A stretch of 63,889 nucleotides of DNA, the filler included, from Octopus bimaculoides (Eukaryota): NCBI RefSeq assembly GCF_001194135.2. It is 5 parts of 5 records of this genome, joined end to end, with 100 filler letters (N's around TTAATTAATTAA, not from the genome) between each part and the next. Parts side by side here need not be neighbours in the genome. Positions count along the whole stretch, not along the records: positions 1 to 28,117 come from NC_069007.1; positions 28,218 to 43,687 come from NC_068985.1; 3 more parts are not named here. One strand, given 5' to 3'. Below the pieces are notes generated by a model. It was not told the origin of the DNA. It did no database searches and saw only the letters and a program-made list of their open reading frames with translations. Every line of letters starts with the position of its first letter. Position 1 is the stretch's first letter. The translations under genes were made by a program, and so were the position numbers. This document shows, piece after piece, positions 25,836-40,712 of this stretch.

Positions 25836-26544
25836 CACTCTAACTATATGATTCCAGGTTTCTACACCTTTGTCATGTGCTGCTTATTATTGCCCGGAGC
25901 CTACCAAAGCCTTGTGGGTAAATTCAGTTAATGGAAACTGTAAGAAACCCATGATATATACATATCTATATTTGTGTGTGTGTGTGTATAAACAAATCAT
26001 TTGTGCAGGTTGCCATAAATATACATGTCTATATATATATATATATATATACATACGTATGTATATATGTATGTATGTGTGTATGTATGTATGTATGTAT
26101 GTATGTGAGTGTTTCTGTCTCCTTGTCCTGATATTGTCCTGATAATTGTTGCAAATACCTGTCATTCATTTCAAATATTCTTTGAAAACATGTATGGCTG
26201 TAGTGGAAATATTTCCTTGGAAACAGATGCAGGTTGGTGATAGGAAAGGCATCCAGCCATAGAAAATCTGCTTCAGTATATTTCACCTGACCTATATAAG
26301 CATTGAAAAGTGACCAATAAAACGATGATAATGATGAATGATATGGTGTATTTATAAAATGCTGTTTGGTGAAATAAGGTTTGGGTTGGGGGTTGTTGAG
26401 CTACAAAAGATTAGGACTCATTGGGTTTACGAAGTTTAGACATTTGCATTCCTGATGAGTTGTAATAAAGCTGGAACACTTCCGCAGTTATCACTTCACT
26501 GTTAAAGACCAGACTGTCTCCCATTTCACTGCATTTCATATACA

Positions 26545-26753
26545 CTGTTACACTTTTTACACTTTTACTTGTTTCAGTCATTTGACTGCGGCCATGCTGG
26601 AGCACCGCCTTTAGTCAAGAAAATCGACCCCAGGACTTATTCTTTGTAAGCCTAGTACTTATTCTATTGGTCTCTTTTTGCCGAACCGCTAAGTTACGGG
26701 AATGTAAACACACCACCATCGGTTGTCAAGCAATGGTGGGGGGACAAACACAG

Positions 26754-26814
<61 letters not shown>

Positions 26815-26990
26815 GGCATACATACATATACGATGGGCTTCTTTTAGTTTCCATCTATCAAATCCACTCACAAGGTTTTGGTCAGTCCAAGGCTACAAAA
26901 GAAGACAGTTGCCCTAGTGCCATGCAGTGGGACTGAACCTGGAACCATGTGGTTGGGAAGCAAGCTTCTTACCACACAGCCACACCTGCA
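26545..26990 (-). mobile_element. Full-length family B SINE
   Basis: Reverse complement of the family B head and 3' domain, separated by an (AC)n(AT)n tract. Confidence 0.85.
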
Positions 26991-27329
26991 TCTATATATG
27001 GTGGGCTTCTTTCAGTTTCTATCTGCAAAATCCACTCACGAGGTTTTGGCCAACCTGAGATTATAAGGTTATAGGAGACAGCACTACATGACTGCTCCCA
27101 TTTTAGAAGAGGGGACAGGGGTTGATGAGGGTGGAGCTGGAAAGCACTAAAAATCAGGGTACAAGATGGTTAGAAATGAGTTGGGGACAGAGAAACTAGG
27201 AGTACACTCTGGTGGGCGAGTTTTAGTGTAGGGGTGACCAAGAGAGTGAGAATGGGTAGGAGAGGGGTAGGAATGGAGTTTAGCAGAACTTGTGCCTATA
27301 ATAGAAAGGATTATCATGGGTTTAGCCTG

Positions 27330-27950
27330 AAAAGGAGTTGAGCTGGCAGCAAAAATGCTCAACAGCATTTCTTCTGGTTTTATGTTGTGGGTTCAAATTC
27401 CACCAAGGTCGCTGTTACCTTTCATCCTTTCAGGGTTGATTAAACAAGTACCAGTTGATTACTGGGGTTGGTGCAATCAACTTAACCCCTCTCTGAAATT
27501 GCTGGCCTTGTGGTGCCAAAATTTGAGACCATTATGATAAGGCAGCCATAAGGAAGGAAACTAGCAAGACTTTCCATGCTAGGTGAAATACTAAGTGGCA
27601 TTTCTTCCGTCTTTATTTTCTGAGTTCAAATTCCACCGAGGTCGCCTTTGCCTTTTATCCTTTCAGGGTTGATAAAACAAGTACCAGTTAAACACAGGTT
27701 GATGTAATTGAATAGCCCCTCCCCATAAAATTGCTAGCCTTGTGCCAGAATTTGAAACGAAATGCAAAGTGCTGGCAGAATCATTAGCATGCTGGACAGA
27801 ATGCTCAGAGGCATTTCTTTGGAATCTTTTACATAATGGCTTCAAATTCCATGGAGATCAGCTTTGGTTTTCAACCCTTTTTGGGGTTGATGTCATTGTC
27901 TAGATTCCTGCCCAACAAATTTCAGGCCTTGTGCTTACAAGGTGGTATCA
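27330..27950 (+). mobile_element. Three tandem, diverged family A SINEs
   Basis: Repeated GGTTCAAATTCC...CTTTCATCCTTTCAGGGTTGAT blocks. Confidence 0.75.
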
Positions 27951-28076
27951 AAAAGATTCCAAGCTGGTTCTGTAGTGCACCAACAGATGGCAGCACATGG
28001 CTGCATGTGCAGCGAGAGCCTATATATATGTATATATATATATATATGTTGTGTATATATATATATATATATATGT

Positions 28077-28117
<41 letters not shown>

Positions 28118-28217
28118 NNNNNNNNNNNNNNNNNNNNNNNNNNNNNNNNNNNNNNNNNNNNTTAATTAATTAANNNNNNNNNNNNNNNNNNNNNNNNNNN
28201 NNNNNNNNNNNNNNNNN
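28118..28217. other. Artificial 100-bp scaffold spacer (44 N + TTAATTAATTAA + 44 N); identical spacers at 43688-43787, 59449-59548 and 62783-62882
   Basis: Exact same layout four times. TTAATTAATTAA puts a stop codon in all six frames. Confidence 0.95.
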
Positions 28218-28248
<31 letters not shown>

Positions 28249-28528
28249 ATCACTGTATAAATCTTCCATTTGTTACTTGATTTCTCTCATCACGAAGGGC
28301 TGCTTACACTGTGACAGATTTGGTGAAGCAGATGCTTGGGCATCCATTAATAATGGCTGTATCCATGTAAAACATTTGAAACATCACTTGATGATGTTCA
28401 CTGTTCTCTAATGAAACATCAATTGATGATGTCTGCTGTTTAAGGATTAAGCACGCAAACAACCTCCACAATGGATGTTGTTAATTGAAATGATTAAAGA
28501 ACATAAAAAAGACAAGCATCTTACTTAC

Positions 28529-28621
28529 CTCTCGTGATTTATATTTATCAAGTAAAGTATTTTGGTTTTTTAGAATTTCTCCTCGAACAAGCTCCTTTTC
28601 TTGTTCAAATTTTGACTCCGA
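28529..28621 (-). CDS. PHLDB2: Following PHLDB-like exon; SESKFEQEKELVRGEILKNQNTLLDKYKSRE
   Basis: Acceptor ttttgtttcag|TCG and donor GAG|gtaagt; 93 nt = 31 codons, in frame with the 29601-29792 exon. The join LEFEKLE-SESKFEQEKE parallels LL5 LEFQQLEhESRLDEEKE. Too short for the ORF track. Confidence 0.82.
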
Positions 28622-29600
28622 CTGAAACAAAAATGAAATAATGATTTCTAAAGCAGACACACAACTTCAAGAGACAACAAACAAGATTGTGAGATGGTCA
28701 TGCAATCCTCAACAGTATAAACATTGTAAATGAAGAGAAAGAGTAACAAATGGTGGGAATACCTTGTTGCTGGCTCATTATTGTTACTCAACAGAGTTTA
28801 ATTAATTTCTATGACCATGAAAACATGCAGTCAATGATAACATGTGTATTTACTAAATACATATAATTGTAAGTTTAATTTACATCTCTATTCTACAAAA
28901 AGGAATGGAACCTATTAAAATATATTGGTTACCAAGTTAGAAGTATTGGGTTGGGGTGGATAAAAGAAGAAAAGAATCAACCAATATGTGGGTCCCAGGT
29001 TCATTAGCCAGATGAAATCTGCACCTTAAGGATCAGTAGAGATTATCAATACAGATTATGTAAAAATTACTATCAATACAGATAGAGATTACCATCAATA
29101 CAGGTAGAGATTATCATCAATAGAGTCAAGATTGAAGAGAAAGACCTGTTATAGTGATGAAAAGGTTTTCTTTGTACCATAGTCCAACAAGTTCCCATTC
29201 CAAATATGAGAACTGTAACTAATATGGACTAACATCAGAGACTTTCCATGGGGTAGAAGAGTTAGGTTTTATCCCTTCTTTTACGTAATGTTTTGGTGGA
29301 AAAAGTCGAATATTTTGAAATTTATTTTGTCTTAAGAAGATTAGTTTTATGTAAAAAAGATTGAGTAAAAACAAGCAAAAAGCACTCTTGGCTTAAGCTT
29401 ATAAATGTATGGTCCCTAAGAAATGTGATGAGAGTGAGAATGGTCTGGTACATAAAGCTCAAATTTTTCCTTCGTCAAATCACTTCAATGGAATCAGAAT
29501 TCAATATATAATCATAGAAACATTGCTGACTGTTGACTTATATTTTTTAATATTACACATGAGGTTCTAACTAAAGAAAAAAACATTCAAAAATACACAC

Positions 29601-29792
29601 CTCTAATTTTTCAAATTCTAAATTGTCAAAATATATTCGCTGATTATCAAGAACTTCATGCTCTTTCTGATAACGTTCCAAAAGATTGTCTTCATCTTCT
29701 ACAATACATGCCTCTAATAACTGTTCTGTTTCATAATGCTTTTTCTCTAATTCTCGTAATTTCTTTTTTTCTACTTCTATCAGTTCAAGATC
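29601..29792 (-). CDS. PHLDB2: Internal exon of PHLDB1/2 (LL5)-like coiled-coil protein; DLELIEVEKKKLRELEKK...FDNLEFEKLE
   Basis: Acceptor ttttgcag|GAT and donor GAG|gtgtgt; 192 nt, phase 0/0. The pattern E.KKL.ELE....E...L..C...LD....F..LEF..LE resembles the LL5-family coiled coil (recalled, not searched). Confidence 0.8.
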
Positions 29793-31007
29793 CTGCAAAA
29801 GAAGAAAAACACCAACAATGTATTTGAATTAATTCTAAATTTAAATATTACATTAACAGATACAAGAAGCTGTAATAGAATACACCAATAGAGAGCTGTA
29901 ATATTGGTTTCATATTCTGGCACAAGACCAGCAATTTCAGGAGAGCGGGTAAACTGATTACATTGATCCCAGTGTCCAACTGGTACTTATTTTATTGACC
30001 TTGAAAAGATGAAAGGCAAAGTTGACCTTGGCAGATCTTGAACTCAAATCATAAAGACAACCAAAATGCTGCTAAGCATTTTGCCCAGCATGATAACTTT
30101 TCTGTCAAATTGCTGCAGCTTAACATATACTGGAAGATTATATTTTAGTCTTTGATACTGTATTTTTAAAATCCTTTTGTCACCATATTTCTTTAGAATA
30201 ATACACTACTTGTATTTTACTTAATTTTAGAAATAAAGCAAAATTTAATAAGATAATCTTCTCATTATTAAGCTGGTTGGTGTTTAAAACATTAACATGG
30301 AATTTTGATGAAAAGTTTTCAATTTACATCACTTTAAAATAGGAAATTTGTCTCACAGAACCAAGGTCAGNNNNNNNNNNNNNNNNNNNNNNNNNNNNNN
30401 NNNNNNNNNNNNNNNNNNNNNNNNNNNNNNNNNNNNNNNNNNNNNNNNNNNNNNNNNNNNNNNNNNNNNNNNNNNNNNNNNNNNNNNNNNNNNNNNNNNN
30501 NNNNNNNNNNNNNNNNNNNNNNNNNNNNNNNNNNNNNNNNNNNNNNNNNNNNNNNNNNNNNNNNNNNNNNNNNNNNNNNNNNNNNNNNNNNNNNNNNNNN
30601 NNNNNNNNNNNNNNNNNNNNNNNNNNNNNNNNNNNNNNNNNNNNNNNNNNNNNNNNNNNNNNNNNNNNNNNNNNNNNNNNNNNNNNNNNNNNNNNNNNNN
30701 NNNNNNNNNNNNNNNNNNNNNNNNNNNNNNNNNNNNNNNNNNNNNNNNNNNNNNNNNNNNNNNNNNNNNNNNNNNNNNNNNNNNNNNNNNNNNNNNNNNN
30801 NNNNNNNNNNNNNNNNNNNNNNNNNNNNNNNNNNNNNNNNNNNNNNNNNNNNNNNNNNNNNNNNNNNNNNNNNNNNNNNNNNNNNNNNNNNNNNNNNNNN
30901 NNNNNNNNNNNNNNNNNNNNNNNNNNNNNNNNNNNNNNNNNNNNNNNNNNNNNNNNNNNNNNNNNNNNNNNNNNNNNNNNNNNNNNNNNNNNNNNNNNNN
31001 NNNNNNN

Positions 31008-31048
<41 letters not shown>

Positions 31049-31064
31049 ACTGTGAAGGTGCATG

Positions 31065-31392
31065 GCTGCGTGGTTAGAGCATCGAGCTTACGATCGTGAG
31101 GTTGTGAGTTCAAATCCTGGACTGGGCTGCGTGTTGTGTTTTTGAGCAAGACACTTTATTTCATGTTGCTGCAGTTCATTCAGCTGCAGAAATGAGTTGC
31201 TACGTCACAGGAGCCAAGCTGTATCGGCCCCTTTGCCTCTCCCTTGGATAACACTGGTGGTGTGGAGAGGGGAGGCCAGTATGCATGGACGACTGCTGGT
31301 CTTCTATAAACAACCTTGCCCGGAATTGTGCCTGGAAGGGTAACTTTCTAGGTGCAATCCCATGGTCAATCATGACCGAAGGGGGTCTCTCA
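31065..31392 (+). mobile_element. tRNA-derived SINE, family D
   Basis: TGGCTGCGTGGTTAGAGC...GAGTTCAAATCC head. Its 3' body also occurs inverted at ~14620-14730. Confidence 0.8.
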
Positions 31393-34300
31393 GCATATAA
31401 TTTACACAAACATTTTAACTAACCTAAACTTTGCTTATGCCTGAACCCTGCTTGGCATTAATATTCAGGTAATTTCCATGACTTTGGTGGTCTACTGGTG
31501 CAAATCAGTCAATGTTGTTGACTATTTTAGTTAAAGCCATGCTTTGATAAGGTCTGTCTAGAGTTGCTTCTCTGAAGTATTTCCCATTGATAATGGCTAA
31601 AGAGCTAGAAACATTGATGCTTGGGAATCCCGATAGGGGACACCACTGGACATATATGATGTTTTACACCTTTTTACCACAAGAGAGAATTTTCTTCATA
31701 GTAACTGCAGTGAATTTGCCTTTTAGTAGTTGAAATATGTCACAGGCATATTTTAACTAACCTAAACTTTGCTTATACATATATATTCTTTTATTTGTTT
31801 CACTCAGTTGACTGTGGCCATGCTGGAGCAGCAGCTTGAAGGGTTTTAGTTGAGCAAATCGACCCCTGGACTTATTTTTGAAGTCTGGCACTTATTTTAT
31901 CACTCTATTTTGACGAACTGATAAGTTACGGGGATGTAAACACACCAACACTGGTTGCCAAGCAGTGATGGGAGGACAAACAGACAAGGCTTCTTGCTCA
32001 AGGTACCACAATGGGACTAAACCCAGAATCATGTGGTTAGGAAGCAAGCTTTTTACTATACAGCCATGCCTGCACTTGTATATATATGATATTTTAAAAA
32101 AATTTGGATTGAATCGTTCATAATAGATAACATTTAACAAATACACCCCAACTTATCAATTTTACAAATGATATAGCCTTAGAGTTGTTTGTTTTGTTTT
32201 TGCATGTCTTTTTTTATTGTTTGTTGGTTTATATTTGTTATTTATTTAGAACATTCATGTCCAAAGGCATAAAAACACATTTCATTTATTCACACTCAAA
32301 TTTTATCATTAAAATCCCACCTGCCACATTTTCTTTTGTTCTGTAAAATTGTTTTCTGGCTTTTATATAAAAAGAAACCAATTTAATTTTTAAACTTATT
32401 AGCAAAACCAAAGAATTATACAAGTTTGATATTATATATATATAATTGAAGAAATTGGAGTCAGAAAGAAGGAGTACGGTTGGACATTTATTTATTATTC
32501 GCTACAATTGTTTCNNNNNNNNNNNNNNNNNNNNNNNNNNNNNNNNNNNNNNNNNNNNNNNNNNNNNNNNNNNNNNNNNNNNNNNNNNNNNNNNNNNNNN
32601 NNNNNNNNNNNNNNNNNNNNNNNNNNNNNNNNNNNNNNNNNNNNNNNNNNNNNNNNNNNNNNNNNNNNNNNNNNNNNNNNNNNNNNNNNNNNNNNNNNNN
32701 NNNNNNNNNNNNNNNNNNNNNNNNNNNNNNNNNNNNNNNNNNNNNNNNNNNNNNNNNNNNNNNNNNNNNNNNNNNNNNNNNNNNNNNNNNNNNNNNNNNN
32801 NNNNNNTATTCTTTTCAAGAGATAACTTCTTTTTATTAAAGACATTCTTGAGAAATGAAACTGGAATGTACAACAGACATTTTATATCATGTGGTGAAAA
32901 ATAATGTTGCCAATGGTTATAGCACTCCAATAAATCAATTACTGGTTTACTGTATTTCTGTTGGTAATAGTGACAAAAGAGTGTCCCTAACTCAATGCTG
33001 AACAAATATCACAAAGCATTCTAATGGGAGAGTAGAGGTTTTCCTTTTTTTTTTTTGATGATGTTTACATCATAATTATACATTGGCAAAATACACACAT
33101 ACATGCTATGAGCTTGCACATAGTTTCCAGCCACCAATTTTCACTCATATGATATTGGTCAACACAAGACACTTCCTAAGATGTCGTGCAATGGGAACAA
33201 ACATGGAACCATGTGGTTGCAAAGTGAATTCTTTACCGCACATGCCATGCCAGTAAACATCAAATTAGGAAGGAAATATTAGAAATCAGGTAACAGAGAA
33301 GATTTCTTGATAATAATGGCAATTGTGAAGTTATCAGACTGTTAGCAACATTATCAAAGACATAGGAAAACAAAAAAAATCATTTAGATCTACAAGTGAA
33401 AAATGCTTCATTATGAGTGTATAAGCAAAGTCTTAATGCAGTGATAACTATAATGACAATAAACAAACAAAAAGTAAAGAAAGTGAAAGTGGAGTGAAGT
33501 ATAGAGATGAGGTATAGATATAATTAGAAATTAAGAAGGAATGGATACAATTAGAAAGTAAGTGAATTGCAAAGATTTCAATTGGAAGCAAAAGAATAAT
33601 AATAATAATGATGATAATAATAATAATGTAATATATTGAGAAAACCATTTCAATGAGGTGAGGTGGCTGGGAAGGAAATAAAAGCTTGTAATTCTAGTAA
33701 AAATAAATAAATAAATGACTATTGATTATGATCAGGAGAGATATTTAATTATTTCCTTTTGATCAACAGGGATAGAGGTAGAAGTGAGGGACGGTGCAGA
33801 GGAAAATGTCTTTACCCAACATGAATAATTTATCAAAAGCACTTGAAAATATTTCAAGGAAAATCATTTATTTACTGATATATCATTCATTATTTTCAGA
33901 TATTTCTTTCCAAATCATAATTGTCATTTTAAAAAAAATTTCCTCTATGAAAGTTATGTCAAATTGGTCCCATGAGGAAGTTTTAATTCATTCCAGCTGC
34001 ACCCTAGTAACTTCACCTGCACTGCTTTTTATAATGAGGATCTGTATAGCTCCTCTACAATAAGGAAACCTATTCCTTCCTGTACCATTTTCTCATACTG
34101 TAACCTTCATCTTGTAGCATAAAGCCACTCTCCTCTCATAGCTCCACTTAGTTAAAAGAGATCTTAGTCTTGCAGGCTGCATGATGACCTCAATGGTGTT
34201 GGTGCATTTGAAAAAAAAGCATCCATTTATATGCTGTAAAGTGTTGGTTTTATGAAGAGCATTCAGCTGCAGAAACTTTGCCAAAACAGACAACAGAGCA

Positions 34301-34802
34301 TTATGTAGCGTTTGGTCCCATTGGATTCTGTCAAACAATCCTGCCCATGTCAGCCGAGAAGATGGGCATTAAATGATGTTGATGATGACTAAACTAGTAG
34401 AAAGGCAATTCAAAACATTGATTTTTGTTATTGGAGTAATAATAGTACCAATAACCTTTGGAGATGGTTATCTTGAGTCAAATGGAGTGGAGGAAGGGGA
34501 AGAAATTAATGTGTAACATGTTTAATGAGGAATCAGGTGAGACACAAAGGGAGGATGAAAGGAATATGTTGACTGGAATGGAAAGAATATGCAAAGTAGT
34601 TCAGAAAAATGTCATTGTAGAAGTGGTAGAAAAAGTAGAATGAAGAGAAAATGTGTCTACACCAATAATTATAACAATGCTGAATGAATCTTTGTCTTTC
34701 AGTAGATGGCTTATTTTTGGATGTGGTCTAGAAGGCTTATGTAAGTACCACAAGCAGCAGCAACACCAACCCAGATATGCAAACAACATAGATCATTGAG
34801 AT

Positions 34803-34837
<35 letters not shown>

Positions 34838-35406
34838 GAGGGAAGTATGGTCAAATGGTTAAGAAGTTTACTTCCCAATAACAAGGTCACATGTCCTATC
34901 CAGCTTTATGACATACTTGATAAATGTCATTTAATAGAGCCTTAAATCGACTCAGACCTAGAGTGAAATTGTATAAGGAGAAACTGTATAGAAACCCAGT
35001 GGGAGAAAATCCATGGCTGTGTTTAACAGGTACATCCTCATTACATTCTGTGTTGCATTGATTCTGTTTGAGAATAAATTTAAGGGTATATGTGTCTGTG
35101 AAATACTCTGCCACTTGTGTGTTAATTCAGGAGCAGGTAATTCAATTGGTTGAACAGCTGAATCCACATTGCCAATAGACAGAGATCCTTTCCACACACA
35201 AATATATATACACAGGTGCAAGCATGGCTGTGTGGTAAGAAGCTTACTTCCGAACCATATGATTCCAGGTTCAGTTCCATTGCATGACACCTTGGGTAAG
35301 TGTGTACTATAGACACAAGCAGACCAAAGCCTTGAATGGATTTGGTAGATGGAAACTGAAAGAATCCTGTAGTATATATGTGTGTGTGTATGTGTGTGTG
35401 TGTCTA

Positions 35407-35447
<41 letters not shown>

Positions 35448-36315
35448 NNNNNNNNNNNNNNNNNNNNNNNNNNNNNNNNNNNNNNNNNNNNNNNNNNNNN
35501 NNNNNNNNNNNNNNNNNNNNNNNNNNNNNNNNNNNNNNNNNNNNNNNNNNNNNNNNNNNNNNNNNNNNNNNNNNNNNNNNNNNNNNNNNNNNNNNNNNNN
35601 NNNNNNNNNNNNNNNNNNNNNNNNNNNNNNNNNNNNNNNNNNNNNNNNNNNNNNNNNNNNNNNNNNNNNNNNNNNNNNNNNNNNNNNNNNNNNNNNNNNN
35701 NNNNNNNNNNNNNNNNNNNNNNNNNNNNNNNNNNNNNNNNNNNNNNNNNNNNNNNNNNNNNNNNNNNNNNNNNNNNNNNNNNNNNNNNNNNNNNNNNNNN
35801 NNNNNNNNNNNNNNNNNNNNNNNNNNNNNNNNNNNNNNNNNNNNNNNNNNNNNNNNNNNNNNNNNNNNNNNNNNNNNNNNNNNNNNNNNNNNNNNNNNNN
35901 NNNNNNNNNNNNNNNNNNNNNNNNNNNNNNNNNNNNNNNNNNNNNNNNNNNNNNNNNNNNNNNNNNNNNNNNNNNNNNNNNNNNNNNNNNNNNNNNNNNN
36001 NNNNNNNNNNNNNNNNNNNNNNNNNNNNNNNNNNNNNNNNNNNNNNNNNNNNNNNNNNNNNNNNNNNNNNNNNNNNNNNNNNNNNNNNNNNNNNNNNNNN
36101 NNNNNNNNNNNNNNNNNNNNNNNNNNNNNNNNNNNNNNNNNNNNNNNNNNNNNNNNNNNNNNNNNNNNNNNNNNNNNNNNNNNNNNNNNNNNNNNNNNNN
36201 NNNNNNNNNNNNNNNNNNNNNNNNNNNNNNNNNNNNNNNNNNNNNNNNNNNNNNNNNNNNNNNNNNNNNNNNNNNNNNNNNNNNNNNNNNNNNNNNNNNN
36301 NNNNNNNATATATAT

Positions 36316-36612
36316 ACCGCCTGACTGGCCTTTGTAGGGTTTTCGAGCGAGATCGTTGCCAGTGCCGCTGGACTGGCTCTTGTGCGGGTGGCACATAAAA
36401 GACACCATTTCGAGCGTGGCCGTTTTCGTGCGGGTGACACGTAAAAGCACCCACTACACTCTCTGAGTGGTTGGAGTTAGGAAGGGCATCCAGCTGTAGA
36501 AACTCTGCCAAATTAGATTGGAGCCTGGTGTTGCCATCCGGTTTCACCAGTTCTCAGTCAAATCGTCCAACCCATGCTAGCATGGAAGGTGGATGTTAAA
36601 CGATGATGATGA
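36316..36612 (+). mobile_element. RTE 3' UTR fragment
   Basis: Homologous to 60500-60776; ends GATGTTAAACGATGATGAT. Confidence 0.85.
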
Positions 36613-38167
36613 TATATATGCATGAAGTAGTGAAATCAGTATAAATGGTTGTTACTATTCATTTATGTTCATGAATTCACGAAAGATATATATAGTAAGA
36701 CTTTTATCTGCTTCAAGGAGCACCTATAATCACCAGAAATCAACTTCATCCAAAAACTTTGTAGACATTGAAGTTTGATACAATCAACAGATCAGGAAAT
36801 AAGAATTATGCATTCTTAATTGATTGACACAGGTAAATCAATCAACCTCTATTGAGTGTATAACACACATACACAGTGTGTAGAATATTGCTATAGAAGT
36901 GATCAGCCAGGTGGAGGTGTGGTGACAGCCATTGATATATAAGATCTGTTTTCTAATCCGGTCTGTCTTTTTGAAGGTTGAAGTAACTGTTCTTTTGGTA
37001 CATGGTAGCCTTGAATTTAGCACATTGTCTGAGTTTAGTGTGCCTACTGATGCAGCAGTGTGTGAAAAGAGAAAGATACACACATATTTCTATACTGTAA
37101 ATGTAGAGTGGTTCTGTAATGAAGGAATACAGAGAGTAAAGTCAAATGAAGACTTGGCTGGTAAATGTTGGTTTCATAGAGAGATAAGGAAGTTGGAAGT
37201 AACAAGTAAAACTGCAGATATGGGAAAATTTGAAGGAAAAACAACAGACAGCAGTCTTCTGGAATATATTACATCTTATTTGCAGATTGGATAAGAGAAC
37301 AAGATTTCAGCATAAAGAAAGATAAGCATGCTGGGAAAATGAGAGAGAAAAGGAGAGATAAAAAAAAATCTCCCTCACGCTTTCTCTCTCTGTACATGTG
37401 TTCATATAGAGAGTGTGAGTTAGCACTCTGATAGAGATTACAAATAGAGTTGGTAAGCAAACGGGAAGATGATGTATACAAGAAATAAATAAATTTTTTT
37501 CTGCCATAACAATAGGCCACCATGAGGTAAGATAAAATATGTAATAGATGGCAAGTAGCTCATTGTGGTGACTCAATGGTGGACACTAATTCTCAAGATA
37601 AACAGCCTGGCAGGGAAAGAGAAAAATATTCACACACCTATCCATTTATTATATTTTAATCTTTTAAAAAAAATTTGATGCAAAGAGCTAAAGGAAAACA
37701 AGGTAAAGGAGAGGATTATTCTTGACAAAAGAAATTGGGCAATTCTTCATAAAAAATAATTACTATTTACTTTTCAAAGAAAACTAGGTAAACAACTAGA
37801 GAGAGGATATTTCTATAATCCAGAGTTAGAATTTCATCCTTGGAATTTTAATTAGATACAAACAAAAAGGAAGGAACAATAAATTATACATCTTCATTCT
37901 CTGATACAATGTGTGTCTTGAATGTATTCTGATGATTCTATCATAGTGACAATTCCGTTTATGTGCAAAAACTTTGTTGAACTACTCCAGTTTAGGATAA
38001 CCAAGGTATATAAATGTGTGCTTGTGTAAAAACACACATGCACATGTATGATGTAAACTTTTATTTTGTGCCAAATACTGCCACTGGCATACCAATTATA
38101 TTCCACAATTAGTAACAATTTGTTTGATCTTATAATACACACAGGCAATTATATGTGTGTGTGTGTG

Positions 38168-38241
<74 letters not shown>

Positions 38242-40675
38242 TTAAACCAGATATGTTGCTTTTTTCTCTTCATTTTCGTTTTCCTTTCTCCACCTGTTTT
38301 CTTTCCTCGTTTTTTTTTTCTGTAAAAGAGCATAGGCTCAAAATGTCAATGACTTCCATTTTTCCTGAGTGTCAAATTAATACACCCTGTTTGTTGTTCC
38401 CTCACCTGTCTCAATCTTTTGATATTTGTACAACTTTGAACCCTATAATACTTGCACTTATGGGGTAACTAGACTTCAAATAACCCAAAATAAAAGTTAT
38501 TTTGATAAAATAAGTTTTGCTTTTCAAAAATTTCCCTCCAGCTAATTTCCCTGCTATAGCAAATTAGCTGTTGTTTTGATGTTTTCAATATGTGAAGGCA
38601 GTTGTGAAATTGAAGGAGTTATGCTTGGTTTGGTAGACTGCAGTTGATGGGGGAAAGGAAGGAGAAACTCAGTTTAAAGAGGCAACATTTAAGACCTGAG
38701 AAGTGACAGTATAAATATTAGAGAGACAAGACAGAGCTGATACACCCAATTAGCTCTGATTTCAATGACATTTCAGCATTGTATAAAGAGAACTCTATAT
38801 GGGACTGGGATAAAAGTTGTAGCAGTATAAGTGAGGGTTTTAGAAATTATGAAGTCGAAGTATTAAAGTTCAAATTTAAAAGAGAACATTGAACTACAGT
38901 CATGCTTGTGTCTACTTATACTAGATTCTAAAACATCAGAAATACATTTAAAAGCATTTTTTTTTACACACTTACAGTTTCCACACACACACACAAACCA
39001 GCTATAGATCATGGAAACACATATACAAACAATAGATGCACATATACATTTATAAATACTATAAATATATATATATATATATACATATGCTCTAGACATA
39101 CATACACAAACAGATTATGATACACATATAGATACCATATGCACATATAAATGGAGACTACAGATACACATATAGATATTATGGATACATATAGACTTAA
39201 GATACATATATAGGCTATAGGTATACATATACAGCCTTGGCGCTCCTATTTTGATAATGTTTACCACTCTTCAACCATAACTGTTTGATAGAGAAAGCAT
39301 CAGCAAATCAAGGGATGACAAACCAATGTGGCAAACCTCTACAGGATTTCTTAATCTGCTAGAAATAGTAGCCAAATCCCTGTTAAATCCCAACCATACC
39401 ATCATAAAAATATAATGGATCCAGCTGGGACACCTTTGGTTAAATCTACTTAATCAGAGGTGACCTGGGGCTAAGCAGGAAATAGGATATTGGTGTATCA
39501 ATATTACCATCTTTGTTTTATTGGCCAATCACTGTTGCCTGATCTCCTTCCATTTTCTGTAATGAATTAAAACCTCTTCTTGCATGATTTTTCTCAAAAC
39601 TATACTTCTAGAAATAGTAAACTGAAAAAACCTTCTGAATAAGCAATCAACTTCAAGTCTAGAATTTGTTTCAAGAATAAAGTTATAAACCTTTAAGTTT
39701 ACATATTCACTTGGCCTGTAGCACCAAGACTTCAGTGTCAATCTACCAAATATAACAGCTGAAGATAACTGAAGAATCACCAAGACTCTTCTCCATAATT
39801 AATTGCTGTCTTTAGTCACAGTGCAGGGCTTCCATAGAGCATCTATGTGATAGTTTCCACCACCAGAAATAGCAGCCAATTTATAGATATAATAGATAGG
39901 ATGGCCATGGCTGGAACATCTTTGATTATAGGTCTGCTGAACAAGGTTGCCCTACATCTAAACAGTCACAACTTCTCCATACAACTCCCTTTCTCTCTCT
40001 CTCACCAATGAAGTGCTAAGTCCAAATTATTTATTAGTCACTGAGCTGCCTGTTATCAAAGAATACACCAACCAAAACAAATAGATGTTGAGTACTGTAA
40101 CCTTTCGTAGAGAAATTAAACTAGAAATGTTAAACAAACTGAAGTTTAACAAATATTTCTTTTAAAAGATAAAAATAAAAGTTAGAAAGGGTGTGGGCAC
40201 ATGCAAAACCATGTGGTTGAGAGGTCAATCTCTGTGATCCAACTGAATTCCACTTCACTCAGTACCTTCGATAATAACCTCAAGTGAAGCCAAGCCTTGT
40301 GAGTGAAAATGGTTACAAGTCTTTGAGTAGGTCACACATTGTACCTGTTTATGGGGTGGACTGGGTAGATTATACCTGTTAATAGGTGGAAGTCTCAATC
40401 CATTGTCTGGTTCAACACTATCTGGAACTTTAGGTGTCTTAAGCTAACTACTCTCGTCCCACCAGGACCAACCCATATAATAAAAACAAAAGTAGATAAT
40501 TAAGTGTGGAGTAAGTTGTTCCATCCTATTAATGAGTGAAAGGACACAACACACACATACAATGGCAGAAATCTGATAGATCCGAATATGAGAAAGTCTG
40601 TAAACACCATGCACAATGTAGTTATCATAGCCACAGTGATTTATTCTTAGAAGGAGACATAGAAGCGACAGAGAA

Positions 40676-40712
<37 letters not shown>

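Noticed and set aside
39529-39783. 84-aa minus-strand ORF as a PHLDB exon or retroelement domain
   Set aside because: No convincing motif or splice sites; at most an unrecognisable old repeat.
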